Part shown: one piece after another, positions 46,499-58,689 of the stretch
Layout of the letters: each line of letters begins with the position of its first letter
Numbering within the stretch: position 1 is the first letter of the stretch
Source: Carcharhinus amblyrhynchos
Lineage: Eukaryota
Assembly (NCBI GenBank): GCA_965287045.1
Contig: OZ336879.1
Location: 36,270,001 to 36,334,000, forward strand
Length of the DNA: 64,000 bases
Direction of reading: 5' to 3'
Translations under genes and position numbers: made by a program
Notes under the pieces: generated by a model
Seen by the model: the letters and a program-made list of their open reading frames with translations, nothing else
The model's database searches: none
What the model was told of the DNA's origin: nothing

Positions 46499-48887
46499 TA
46501 AGAACAAAGAACAAAACAGCCCAGGAAACAGGGCCTTCGGCCCAATGAGCCCGCGCTGCCATTTTAACATTGAGTCCCCCCTCCACCCATGACCCTTGTC
46601 CATGCTTATGGCATTCCACATTGAGGGAAGACTAATTTAGGGACAATTTATTACACCAATCAGCCTAATAGCACATCTTTGGGGTATGGGAGGAAACTGG
46701 AGCACCCGGAGAAAACCCACGCAAGCACGGGGAGAATGCACAAACTCCCACAGACACTAGCCCAAATCCATGTGTCTGCACAGCAAACAGTGATAGTCAC
46801 TGAGCTGTCGTGTTGCCCAGCATCTGGTCCAGTTTAAGCGTACACTAACGGCATGAAGTACTAGACTGTTCTCGAAACAAACAAGAACAGCCCTCGTACA
46901 ACCCATTGCGTGTATGCCCCTCATTGGACAACAAGGCGATCCGAAGCACCTGTGAATTAAAGGAGAAAAACATCAGTATCATCCACATCCTTATACATTA
47001 CCATGGACATCCCAAGGCTCCTGAACCTTATTTAAAACAATCTCCTATATCCCTCCATCTCCAACCCACTCATGTGCTTGTCCAAGTAACTCATAAACAA
47101 CTCCAGCGTGCCTGCCTCCACCACCTTGCTTGGCAGAGCATTCCATACCCCCACTACCCTCTGTGAAAAACCTCCCTCTAACATCCAAATTATACCTCGC
47201 CCCCTTCACCCTAAGCCTGTGGCCCCTTGTAATGTGCGTTTCCAACATAGGAAAAAGCTTACCACTGTTTACTCTATCTATACCCTTCATAATCTTATAT
47301 ACCCCTATTAGATCACCCCTCAGTCACCATCTTTCAAGGGAAAACAGCCCCAATTTGCTCAATCTTTCCTCATAACCCAGTCCTTCCATACCAGGCAACA
47401 TCCTGGTAAACCTCCTCTGCCCTCTCTCCAGGGTCTCCACGTCTTTCCGGTAGTAAGGCGAGCAAAACTGGATGCAGTACTCCAAATGCGGCCTAACCAA
47501 TGTTCTATACAACTGCATCGTTAGACTCCAGCTCTTATACTCTATACCCCTTCCTGTAAAGGCTAACATACCATAAGCTTTCTTTACAACCTTCTCCACT
47601 TGTACTGCCACCTTCAAAGACTTGTGCACTTGCACCCCTAGGTCCCGCTGCATTTCTATACTCTTTATAGGTCTACCCTTTATCATATAACTCCCCCCTA
47701 CATTATTTCTGCCAAAATGCATCACCTCACATTTATCAGGATTAAACTCCATTTGCCGCTTATCTGCCCAATATACCAGCCTATCTGTATCCTTTTGTAT
47801 TGCCTGACACTGCTCCTCACTACTCGCCAATCCAGAGAGAAATAATAAACTGGAGCAGGGAGAGAGGGGAGGAAGAGACAAGTAATGTCCATTTCTTCTG
47901 ATACATGACTAGTTTAAGGAAATTTTATGGTGTGAGATAAAAAATAGTGTCATCTGCAAATTTGATGATTGCACCACTTATTCCCTCTTCCAAGTCATTT
48001 ATGTATATTACAAATAGAAGAGGCCCCAGTACTGAGCCCTGCGGCACACCACTAGTGACAGACCTCCAGCTAGAAAAGGACCTTTCCACTACTACTCTTT
48101 GTCTCCTTTTCCCAAGCCAGTTCTCAATCCATCTAGATACTTGTCCTTGTATCCCATGAGCCTTAACCTTTTCAACGAACCTACCATGAGGGACTTTGTC
48201 AAACGCCTTACTGAAATCCATATAGACGACATCAATGGCTCGTCCTTCGTCGACCGTTTTTGTCACCTCCTCAAAAAATTCTACCAGATTTGTAAGGCAA
48301 GACTTCCCCTTAACAAAGCCATGCTGCGTATCCCTAATCAGATTGCAACGCTGTAAATGCTCATACATCCTATCCCTAAGAATCCTCTCCATCAACTTGC
48401 TTACCACTGACATCAAACTTACCGGCCTATAGTTACCAGGGTTATCCCTCCTACCCTTTTTAAACAACGGTACCACGTTCGCAATCCTCCAGTCCTCTGG
48501 GACCTCACCTGTGTCCAAGGAAGAGACAAAGATTTGCGTCAGAGGCCCAGCAATTTCATCTCTCGCCTCCCTAAGCAGCCTAGGATAAATGCCATCAGGC
48601 CCCGGAGATTTATCAGTTTTAATGCTACCTAAAAGCCCTAACACTTCCTCCCTCGTAATGGATAGTTCCTTCGGTTGGTCTACATCTCCCTCCATGACAG
48701 TAGCAGACATCAAGCCCCTCTCTTTCGTGAATACTGATGCAAAGTATTCATTCAGGATCTCCCCCATTCCCACGGACTCTAAGCACAGTTCCCCTCCTCT
48801 GTTCCTGAGAGGACTGATTTTTTTTCCTCTAACCACCCTTTTGTTCCTGACATAGGAGTAAAACGCCTTTGGATTTTCCTTAATCCT
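46499..48887 (-). mobile_element. Young 5'-truncated CR1 with a long SINE-containing 3' UTR
   Basis: ORF 47925-48908 ([48 protein letters not shown]) continues in 47324-47881 and 47045-47290; only one nonsense codon and one insertion; tail GTTCTTTGTTCTT. Confidence 0.93.
46635..46818 (-). mobile_element. Degenerate V-SINE-like segment within the CR1 3' UTR
   Basis: Head GGGCAACACGACAGCTCAGTGACTATCACTG, no B box, intact central domain TGTGGGAGTTTGTGCATTCTCCCCGTG...CTCCGGGTGCTCCAGTTTCCTCCC. Confidence 0.8.
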
Positions 48888-49847
48888 GTTAATATCTGCC
48901 CCTGACACACAAGCTGTCCAGCAATTTATATACTCAGTTAATCCTCATCAATCCTGAGGTAGGAACTCTAATTCTAACATCAGTAATGAAAATCGATAGT
49001 TATTGACTGAAGCCAAATATGTAGAGGATTAGAATACAGATTTTTTTATTAGTGCAAGTTGAGTGATATTTAATCTTTCACTTAGCCTTTTAAATGCTTC
49101 AGGTTTAGAAGTGTTGACCCCTAAAATTTGCAAATATTCCAATTTACTGCCATAAAGTCTTTGATTTAAAGCATGTGAGCTGCCTATAAAGTGAGTTATG
49201 CCCTTGGAACATTGCCTTGGAGCACCAATCCCATAATTGACTTTTCAACAGCATCATTTGAAAAGTAGAACAGGCCAGGTAAATGTAAACACTACCGCTG
49301 AATGATAGGGATAAGAAGACTATCTGACATGAATAATACACCCAAAGTCTCCCTTCAAAAGCTGGACCGAGAAGACCAACACCCCAGGGCAAGAAGAACT
49401 TAGTTTCAAAGATATTCACAAAAGTCTGTGCTGTAATTTTTGCTATTAAGATTGGAGGTGACAACAGAGGCAAATATGCAATTACAGGTGACGTGTCAGT
49501 CAAATGCCCATGATTGAAATTACAGCCCAAAATAAGTGGATTGTCCTCTGAAAACAACTCAAAATATGGCAGAAGAAACTTTTTTTTATTTTCTTGGACA
49601 AGGTCAAAGCTGACGCAACTGAAGTTGGCAAGAGCAACATTGGGAAAAAATCTTGTTCAGTACTTACAAATAAACAATAACTTGAACTGTAAAATACTAC
49701 CTGCATCATTCCCTATTGAGTTTTACACTTTGGACCTCTTTACATAAAACATTATATTATCGGGAAAGATCAGCACTGTTATATCACAAATGGAAACAAG
49801 AACACTACAAGATAACAGGACTAGTATACATGCCATGAAATTAATGA

Positions 49848-49896
49848 GTCTGTGTTTTACTGTGTTTACCCCAGTCCAACGCTGGCATATCTACAT
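49848..49896 (+). mobile_element. 49-bp PLE family A tail-only insertion
   Basis: TTACTGTGTTTACCCCAGTCCAACGCTGGCATATCTACAT flanked by exact 14-bp CATGAAATTAATGA (49834-49847, 49897-49910). Confidence 0.88.
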
Positions 49897-50039
49897 CATG
49901 AAATTAATGAATCAGACGATACAGACTTTCTTTTGCTATTGCAATTCCCTTGGAGAAGCTGCAGACCCAATGAGCCTGATGACTACATTTTTAAAAAAGA
50001 CTTGTTTTGATGAAATGCCTTTCACATTTGCCTGACATC

Positions 50040-50130
50040 ACAATGCACTTTTCAGTCAATGAAGTACTTTGAAAGTGTAGTCACTGTAGTTTAGGAAACA
50101 AGGCAGCCAATTTTCACACACAGCAAAAAT
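50040..50130 (-). mobile_element. Deu-type SINE 3' fragment
   Basis: Minus strand AATTGGCTGCCTTGTTTCCTA..ACAGTGACTACACTTTCAAAGTACTTCATTG. Confidence 0.7.
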
Positions 50131-50385
50131 CTAAGCTGTAATGTGTTTGCAACTATACCTAAGAACCTATAGGTATAGTGATCAATGCACCCACATTCAT
50201 TGTGAGAGTGCTGGTCTAACACAGTTCTTAAACTGTCAAGTTTATCATTTATGTTATGACAAGTCAAAGGCTGGAAAGGATATAAATATCCGAGTCAGTG
50301 ATGAATATTTTTACATAACATCATAATGCATTGGACCATTGATTCATAGCACTGCAGTGTTCTGTGGAGAGAATGCCAACCAATT

Positions 50386-52100
50386 GTCATCGTCGGCTGT
50401 CCCTCGATTTGAGAATGAGGTCTATTCAGGATCATGACTTTCTGACACGGAGCTTCATGTGATTGAACTGGCCTGCATAACTTTGAGTATGTGGGTGTCC
50501 CAGAAGGTAGTGAGATCTAGAGTACAAGATTTGCTTCCTTTTCTTTCCTTCTCTGCAGCCGTTCTGCCCCGTCATTAAGAAGCTGCAACACAAAAAATAA
50601 TAGTTTGATGGACAAGTTGTCTCCATTCCGAATGATTGGGAGCAAACTTCTCTTAATCCTTAATGTCAATGTCATCACGTTCCAAGGAGAATTACAGAGT
50701 ACCTTTGAAGAACTTTCTTTATCCTCCCAAGAAGGATTTGAGAGTTGGCACAACAGGATCTGGTATGAGGAATGGTTTTCAGCCATCTCGCCACAGTGTC
50801 CAATCCATTGAAGTTGGTTCTGCAGGAGTTTGCCTAAATGATAGCAGAGCTGGTTTTAAGAAGTACATTAACATTTATTTATCGGTCTTCCCGTTGAATT
50901 CAAAGGTACAGCAGAGTCATTGCCGATGGAATTGCTTTATGTCTCACAGTCCAAAGGCAAAATCTTACTTGTCATTTAGGCCATGCTCTCGCTACAGCGG
51001 CCAATCAAATTTCCGTTCACTGTGGTGGGGTGGGAAAATCCCACTTGCATGAATGGTGGTAAGATTGCAGCCCGAGTCTCACTGTGATAGAGCAGTGAGG
51101 TCAGCAGCTGCTTTGCACTCTCGGATTTTTATTGACTTCTGATGTTTTTGTTACCAAACACTGGTGCAGCTTGTAGAAGGCTGAGCTGGATTAATAGAGC
51201 CAGTGTTCAATTTCCTTGTTCAATGTTGGCCTTTTTGAGAAAGATGCCTGCCAACATATGGGAAGTACTCAATATATTACAGTCTCTCCTTAAACATACA
51301 TGCGAGTTGAAACATTTGATTAACCAGGTACGGGTTGATATGAGTTTTGTTTTAGCAGTGTTCAAGGGTAGGCTGAGTTTCTTGTATGCAGAATTGAAGA
51401 GATCAAGAACGGCTTCTGAATCTGCTGGAGAGTGGGCAGCAACTTGCAGTCATCTGCAAATCGTAGATCATGTATATGGTGGTCAGTTTAGTTCTGGCAT
51501 GGAGGTGACTGATGTTAAAGAGTTTTTCATCTTCATGGCATGTGATATTGACACCAGACAACATTTAATTTTTCATGGTGTGAATAGCCACTGTCAAGTA
51601 GATTGTAAAATTGGGGTGGGTATCAGACATGGGAAAGCTGGGTATCTCACAGCCTTGTTTGACCTGGTCTGGATTTTGAAGGTGCTGGTTTCAGATTTCC
51701 CAGTCCAGACAATTGCAGCCATATTATCATGATGCAATTCCGACATTGTAATGAAGATCCTTGAACTTTCAAATCATTGGTGCATAATCCACAAAGCCTC
51801 ACGATTTATTGAGACAAATACTTGGGTCAGGTCAATGAATGCTGTGAAGAGTTCTCAGTGTTGGTCTTGATTTTTTTTTGGACTTGTCTGGCCTCTAATG
51901 GCATGTTAGAGGCTCCACTCGAAGATCTAGAGCATAACTATATGTCTGGAACTATTTCCTCAGCTGCAGGAAATACGCAATACAGTAGAAAATGTGTCAA
52001 GAATTTCCTTCCTAGAGTCAGGGGGGAAATGTTTGATAGTTTTCTGAGAATGTTTTATCTCCATTTTAGAAAATGGTTAAAACAATTGCAATCCTGAAGT
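50386..52100 (-). mobile_element. Degenerate RTE-clade LINE
   Basis: Minus strand DLRFADDC (about 51445-51470), C-terminal ERLQRRKEK, 3' end GACAGCCGACGATG. Confidence 0.8.
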
Positions 52101-52846
52101 TAGTGAGGTGGTATGGGGGTGATGTGGAGAGCCCCTTTTCACATCTTTTCTATAGTGAGGTGACCAGAGCTATGATAAAGGGAAAGAGGTAGGAGGAATA
52201 GGACAAAGTGCATTCCTCTTTCAGAGAGACTGCATAGGAACAATAGAATGGTAGGAAGAGGACACAGCTGTGCATAAGCAAATGGTGACATTCCTAACTC
52301 AAATGCAGGGCTGGAAATCTTACAGAATTGCAGGTCAAGCCTGGAAGCCAATGGTTCTTGACAGATTTACTGGGAGGAAGTCTTCCAAAGTTACATTGAC
52401 AAATGTCAAAGTTATTTGTGATTTGAAAGGATGTCATGATACCCCAGATACCAAGTAGCTCTCAACTGTTCACAAAATATCACTTTTGCTGGGCAAATTA
52501 GCTTGTTTTGTTTTATTTCTGATTAGTGAGTTTTGATACATAGTGTGCACTGATGAACAATTCTGGAGAACATTCAAGGAGGATGTGTTGAGCATTGTTT
52601 TATTCTGAAGCTTAAACAAAGGACATCTGAAACTTTTTTCATTAAATGAATGGCATTAGGTTAAAGGGAAATAGATTTATCTTATCATGCTAATTAGTTG
52701 AGTGATGCTGTTGTTAAATATAAGCTAAGCAAGCACCTACTATTACAATGAGAGGTTATGACGAACATGCTGTTTAACCAAGTGACCTTGTTGGACAAAT
52801 TAGTTTTCAATATTGCAGTAACTGAGCTAAATTCTATTCTTTTCAG

Positions 52847-52870
52847 ACTATTACAGATTTCCATCACAAA
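52847..52870 (+). other. Candidate 24-nt microexon
   Basis: CTAAATTCTATTCTTTTCAG|ACTATTACAGATTTCCATCACAAA|GTACGT; frame-preserving and stop-free; lies in repeat-free DNA. Confidence 0.4.
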
Positions 52871-53859
52871 GTACGTTACCTCTGAGTCACAAATCCATCC
52901 TGTATTTTCCACTTTAGCACATGTATCCATTATAATTAGGGGAGAAATTGGTCCATTATTTGGTTTAATGATGCACAGAATGGAACAAAGGGTCAGAATG
53001 AATTTTAAGGCTTGCCAAAAGCAGTAAAAATTCAAGAGAGAAGTCAATGCACTCCAAAACTCATTTTTGTAATTCCAAATTGAACTTTGTTCTGGTTGAA
53101 GTTTCCTTGAAGAGAGAATTGAGTTTCAAATAACAAGGAAAGAGAAAAGCACAATTAAACAAATGAAAAGGAAAAAATGTAGACAAGAGAATAAATTGAA
53201 ATAGATTATGAAAGGCAGATTGAAAGAAAATGAGAGAGAAAGAATTACAGTGAGAGGAACGGGAAAGGTCTTTTGAGATTTACTGTTATTTATACCATAT
53301 TCCTTATCAGTGTAGTGAAAGTCAAGTGATAAGATTTTGATTTGATTATGCACAGAAACTTGAAAGTATCAACTTAGAACATGAGGGAAATAATTTTGGT
53401 AGTTTGAATGGAAGTTAATTTTGTACAGCAGTCACAGGCTAGAAATCAGTGCTGGCAACCTTAGTGAATCACTCATCACTGGTATCAAGACAAGTCCCAG
53501 TGACAATTCTTGGCAGTGCTTTCAGGTGCTAATAATCCACAAAGCTGGCCTAAGTTGGCTGAAATGCTGTTTTAGCCTATCTCTTGCAGAAAATGCTTTC
53601 TTTGTAAATGAGTTTAACTTATATTAGAAACGGCCACTTTGAGGATCATTAAGTGTATGATTGCCACTTATAAAGTGCCTGCCAGTTGAAGTGCTGCTCA
53701 TTAAAGGGGCAGCACATCATTTTTGGGGTGATCACTTCTCTTAATGCTCTTTCAAGCAATGACCAGTTGTTTGGGACTAAACATGGAATTGATATGGATT
53801 TCAAGCACTGGGGAACCTTCAATTGTACCAGCTCCAAAGCAAATATATCTTCTTAAATG

Positions 53860-54390
53860 TTGAGACCACACTGCACACAGTATTTTCGATGCCACCTCAC
53901 CATCCCTACATATCTGTAGGAATATTTATTTTTCCTTGTACTCCAGCCTCTTGTAATAAAAGCCATGTGCCTTCCTAACTGCTTGCTGAACGTGCATACT
54001 AACTTACTGTGTTCCTTGTACAAACAGTAAGAAGTCTGACAACACCAGGTTTAAGTCCAACTGATTTATTTGATAGTAAACTCGCAAGCTTTCGGGGTTT
54101 GCCCCTCCGTCAGGCGAATGGAGAGTTCTGGCCTCAGTCTGAGGCCAGAACTTGGATTTAAACCTGGTGTTGTCAGACTTCTTACTGTGTTTACCCCAGT
54201 CCAACGCTGGCATCTCCACATCATTCCTTGCAAATGCACTCAAGTCTCTTTGAACATCAACACTTACTAGTTTTTCATCTTTTAGAAGATTTATTTTATT
54301 CTTACGACCAAAGTTCAAATTTACACTTCTCTGTAGTATACTCCATCTGTCATGTTGTTACCAACAGACCTAGCCTATTTATATCTCAGC
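53860..54390 (-). mobile_element. Old CR1 fragment hosting a palindromic PLE
   Basis: ORF 54004-54318 begins NFGRKNK..LKDEKLVSVDVQRDL; remnants of VRPHLEYCVQ near 53870-53900. Confidence 0.75.
54024..54222. mobile_element. Short palindromic PLE family A insertion
   Basis: Outer arms 54024-54060 and 54152-54189; perfect inner hairpin 54124-54152; tail to CTCCACATC; imperfect duplication TTCCTTG(TA)CAAA. Confidence 0.88.
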
Positions 54391-54429
54391 ATTACAGAAA
54401 ATGATAACAAGATAACCAAGATAACAAGA

Positions 54430-57400
54430 TAATAGTTGGGAAGTAACTATTTCAGGGTGCACAATATTTCAGAAAGACAGACAGATTGGCTAAAGAGGTG
54501 GGGCAACTCCTATTGTAAATGGTGGCATAAGAACATTGGTAAGGAAGGATCTGGCCTCTGAAGACCATGAAGAATTAATGTGTGCTGAAATTAGGAAGAA
54601 CAAAAGCCAGAAAACATTGTTGGGAGTAAACTGGGTGTAGTTTGTAGGACTCCTAACAGTGGTCATACCATTGATCAGAGTATTAAGCAAGTAATTATAG
54701 GACCCTAAGAAAGGAACTGTAATAATTATGTGGACCCGGTATGTGGGCACTGTGGATCCCATTGTGAGCCACAGTGACCACATCCACAGAAAATGCTTAC
54801 GGCTCCAGGAACTCCTGGAATAAGCTGGAATCTGAGTTTCAAACACTGCAGCACATTAGGGAAGGGGAGAGTTACCTTGGTGCTGCATTTCAATTAATCA
54901 CACCCCACAGGATAAGTAGTCGAAATTTGGCAGCGGTCAGGGACAGGAGGGTGTGACCACAAACGAGGCAGGTAGAGGCATCCTAAATTTAACGTTGGAG
55001 AAGCCTCCACTCTCTCCTTGTCCAACAGGTATGAGATGCTTGTTCCCTGTGTGGATGAGGAAAATAACTGTAGGGGGAATGGGCAAACTAACGACTGCAC
55101 TATGGTACAGGAGACCATTGAAGCAGGGAGGTGGTGGGGGGGGGAGCAAAACTAAAGGTTGTAGTGGTAAGGGATTCTATAATCAGGGGTATACATTGTA
55201 TTCTTTGTAAGCAGGATCGAGAGTCCCACATGGTGTGTTGCTGACTTGGTGCCAGGGTGAGGGACATCTCAAGCCAGCTTGAAAGAATATTGAAGAGGAG
55301 GGGGAGGTTGATGTGGACCACATTGGAACCAGCAACATAGGCAAGAGACCCTATTTGGGGATTATCAGGAATTAGGAACAAAATTAAAGAGGAGAACATC
55401 GAGAGTTATGATCTCTGGATTATTACCTGAGAGATGTACAAACTGGCATAAAGATAAGAAAATTAGTGAAGTTAACACGTGACTAAAGGAGTGAAGTGGG
55501 AAAGAGGGGTTCCACTTCGTGGTATTGGTATTGGGGCAGGAAGTAGCCGTACTGTTGGGATGGGCTCCATCTAAATCGATCTGGGACCAATGTTCCAGCA
55601 AAATGGTTAAATAGGATGGTCACGGGGACTTTAAACTAATAAATGTGGGGCGGCCTTGGGGAAAATCAGTACAATTTGAAAAATATGTAACATGGCTGGG
55701 AGAAAAACAGTCAGGAATCCTATTTCAGGTACAGCAGGTAATAGCAAAACTATTAGATATACATTGATTAAACCAGAAGAGAGAAACAATAAATAGGTGA
55801 ATAAAGCATCAATGCTGATGGACAGGTTAGAATGTATGTCCAAATAAGAGATCTATATACAAACGCATGAAGGGTAAGAAATAAATTAAATGAGCTGCAA
55901 GTACAAATTCAAATTGGAGATTCTAATTGATTAAATGGACAGAAACCAGGTACAAAATGGAGTCAAAAAGGGTGAGGACAACTGCCCTGAAGTTAGGCAG
56001 CCTACAATAAACCAGTGTCAGTGCCTATGTGTAGAAATGCATGTATTTCAGTCAGGCTCAAAGGATAAATATTGGAGTGTTTAAGACTAGAATTAAAAAG
56101 GACAGAATTAAGAAGAAGAGGAAACTTCAAGTTTTTTAATCTTGATGAAATCTGACTTGTCCCCATGCCTATCCAGCATAAGTGGATAGAAACATCTCTG
56201 CAGGTCCATTAGAAGTAGTTAAAATCTATGTTTGTAAGCTTATTATAGTAGATTTATAGGGGAATAGAATCATTTGGTTGTGATATAGTGTAAGAGAATC
56301 AGTTTTCTAGCTGTTGTAAGTCCTTAAGTTTTTTTTACTGATGAAGACGTGATTTAATTTTAATATGATGTTTTTGTGTCCATCAGTTAACTGAAGCAAG
56401 TGTCCCAAATAACAGTAGCAGAGGCAGAATAGTATTAATGGGGATTTTAACTTTAACATAGATTGGGAGAGACAGGCAAACACCTGTCAGAAAGGTAGTG
56501 AATTTCTGGAGCGTGTCCGGATCAGTTTCCTACAGCAATATGTTCTGGATGCAACAAGGGGTCAAGCAATATTGGATTTAGTAATGAGCCATATTTGATT
56601 AGTAACCTAATTGTGTGTGAACATTTAGCAAGTAGTGATCAAGTTCAATGCAATGTTTGAATGTGAAAAGCATGAATCAACATCTAGAATTTTAGATTTG
56701 GGTAAAGCAGACTTTAATGAGATGAGACAGAGACTGTCCACAGTAAACTGGGAAAATTTGCTAATGGATAAAACAACTGAAGAACAGTGGAGGATGTTTA
56801 AAGAACAAGTTACACCCATACAAGGAAAAACACAACTTCACAGAAAAAAAAAGCTATTGACAACTAAAGAGATAAAGGACAGCGTGAAAGTAAAAAAAAA
56901 GCTTACAAAAATGCAAAAATCAGAACAAATCCTTCTGAATAGGAAAGATCCAAAGACCATCAGAGGGTCACAAATCAACTTATAAGAGCTACTGAAAGGG
57001 ATTATGAAAAGAAGCTTGCAAAGGACATCAAAATCAAAAAAAGAAATTTTATAGTTACGTAGAAGAAGTTGGAGACAGGTTGTCAGGAACAGTGCTGGCC
57101 TACTGAAGTCCAGAAGTGGGGATTTTGCCCATGACTATTGAGAAATGGTAGGCATGTGGAATAATTATTTTGCCTCAGTATTTACAGTAGAAAAGAGAAT
57201 ACCTTGCCAAACATCTTGAGGAAATTAATAATGGATTAGGGACAAGGGCTAAGTAAAATTCATGTAAATAAAACATCGATAATGAGAAAATTAGTGGAAC
57301 TAAGGAGTGACAAATCCCCAGGACTTGATTATTTCTGTCCAAGGGTGAAAGAAGGGAGCACATTGTAGATCCCTAACAATAATCTTTCAGAATTCCTAGA

Positions 57401-58296
57401 CTCAGGAGTTGTTCCTCTGGATTGGAAAATTGCTCATGTCACTCCACTTTTTAAACATGGTGAAAGAGAATACCCAGGGAATTACAGACCAGTTAGTCTA
57501 ACATCTGTGGTGGGGAAGTTATTGGAGAGTACAATCAAGGATAGGGTAACTGAACACCTCAAATTTTCAGTTAATGAGGGAGAGCTAGCGTGGAATCATG
57601 TCAGGTATATCGTGCCTAACATACCTCATTGAATTTTTTGAAGAGATAACCAAGAGATAGTGGACAGGTGAATGTCTATGGATGTTGTTTATATGGACTT
57701 CCAGAAGGCATTTGATAAAGTCCCACATAAGAGACTCTTAACTAATGTAGAAGCCCACAGAATAGAGGGCCAATTACTGATATTGCTGGGAAATTGGCTG
57801 AGTGGCAGGCGGCAAAAAGTAGGGATAATGGCAGGTACTCAAATAGGTAGGATGTGAATAGTGGTATTCCACAACAATTTTGTTATGGCCTCAAATATCC
57901 ACATTATTTATCAATGACTTGGATAATGGCATAGAAAGTCATATATTCAAATTTGCTGTTGACACAACGTTAGGTGGCATTGTAGACAGTGCAGATGATA
58001 GCAAAAGTTACAAAGGAATATTAATAGACTTGGTGAATGGGCAAAACTGTGGCAGATGGATTTCAATATAAGCAAGTATAAGGTTATCCATTGTGGAGCG
58101 AAAAAGAATAGATCAGGATATTTTTTAGATTATATGAAGTGAAATACACTGGATGTCCAAAGGGGTTTGGGGGCTCAGCTGCATAGCTCTTTAAAATGTC
58201 TCAAACAGGTACATAAAATAATCAAGAAGGCTAATGGAATGGTGGCCTTTATATCTAGAGGACTGGAGTATAAGGACAGAGAAGTTATACTGCAGC
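54430..58296 (+). mobile_element. Mosaic of degenerate CR1: endonuclease piece, then ORF1 (zinc/leucine zipper plus esterase) and ORF2 (endonuclease and RT)
   Basis: DHIHRKCL..LESEFQTLQHIREGE; CC*LGARVRDI; YTNA*RVRNKLNEL; MGDFN; NYRPVSLTSVVGK; [13 protein letters not shown]; FKFAVDT. Confidence 0.88.
55935..56414. mobile_element. Probable LTR remnant interrupting CR1 ORF2
   Basis: Non-CR1 block ending AATAACA, after which CR1 resumes (RIVLMGDFN). Confidence 0.4.
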
Positions 58297-58310
58297 GGGT
58301 TGGACCCTGA

Positions 58311-58685
58311 ACGGTAGCACAGTGGCTCAGTGGTTAGCACTACTGCCTCACAGCCTTAGGGACCTGTGTTCAATTCTGGCCTTGGGTGACTGTCTCTGTG
58401 GAGTTTGCACGTTCTCCCCATTTCTGCGTGGATTTCCTCTGGATGCTCTGGTTTCCTCCCATCGTCCAAAGATGTGCAGGTTATGTGGATTGGCCATGCT
58501 AAATTGCTCTTTAGTGTCCCGAGGTATGTAGGTTAGATGGATTAGCCAAGGGAAAAGTATGAGGTTACAGGAATAGGGCGGGGTACAGGGCTTGCGTAAG
58601 ATGCTCTGTCAGTGAGTTGGTGCAGACTCGATGGGCCACATGACCGCTTCTGTACTGTAGGAATTCCATCATTCTATGATTTATG
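58311..58685 (+). mobile_element. HE1-type SINE
   Basis: GTGGCTCAGTGGTTAGCACTACTGCCTCACAG head, central domain, tail CTGTAGGAATTCCATCATTCTATG. Confidence 0.92.
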
Positions 58686-58689
58686 AAAT

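Noticed and set aside
47925-48908. 327-aa RT ORF as an active or domesticated gene
   Set aside because: 5'-truncated, interrupted right after the ADD motif, and followed by a nonsense codon.
51142-51732. 196-aa + strand ORF
   Set aside because: Antisense of the RTE reverse transcriptase.
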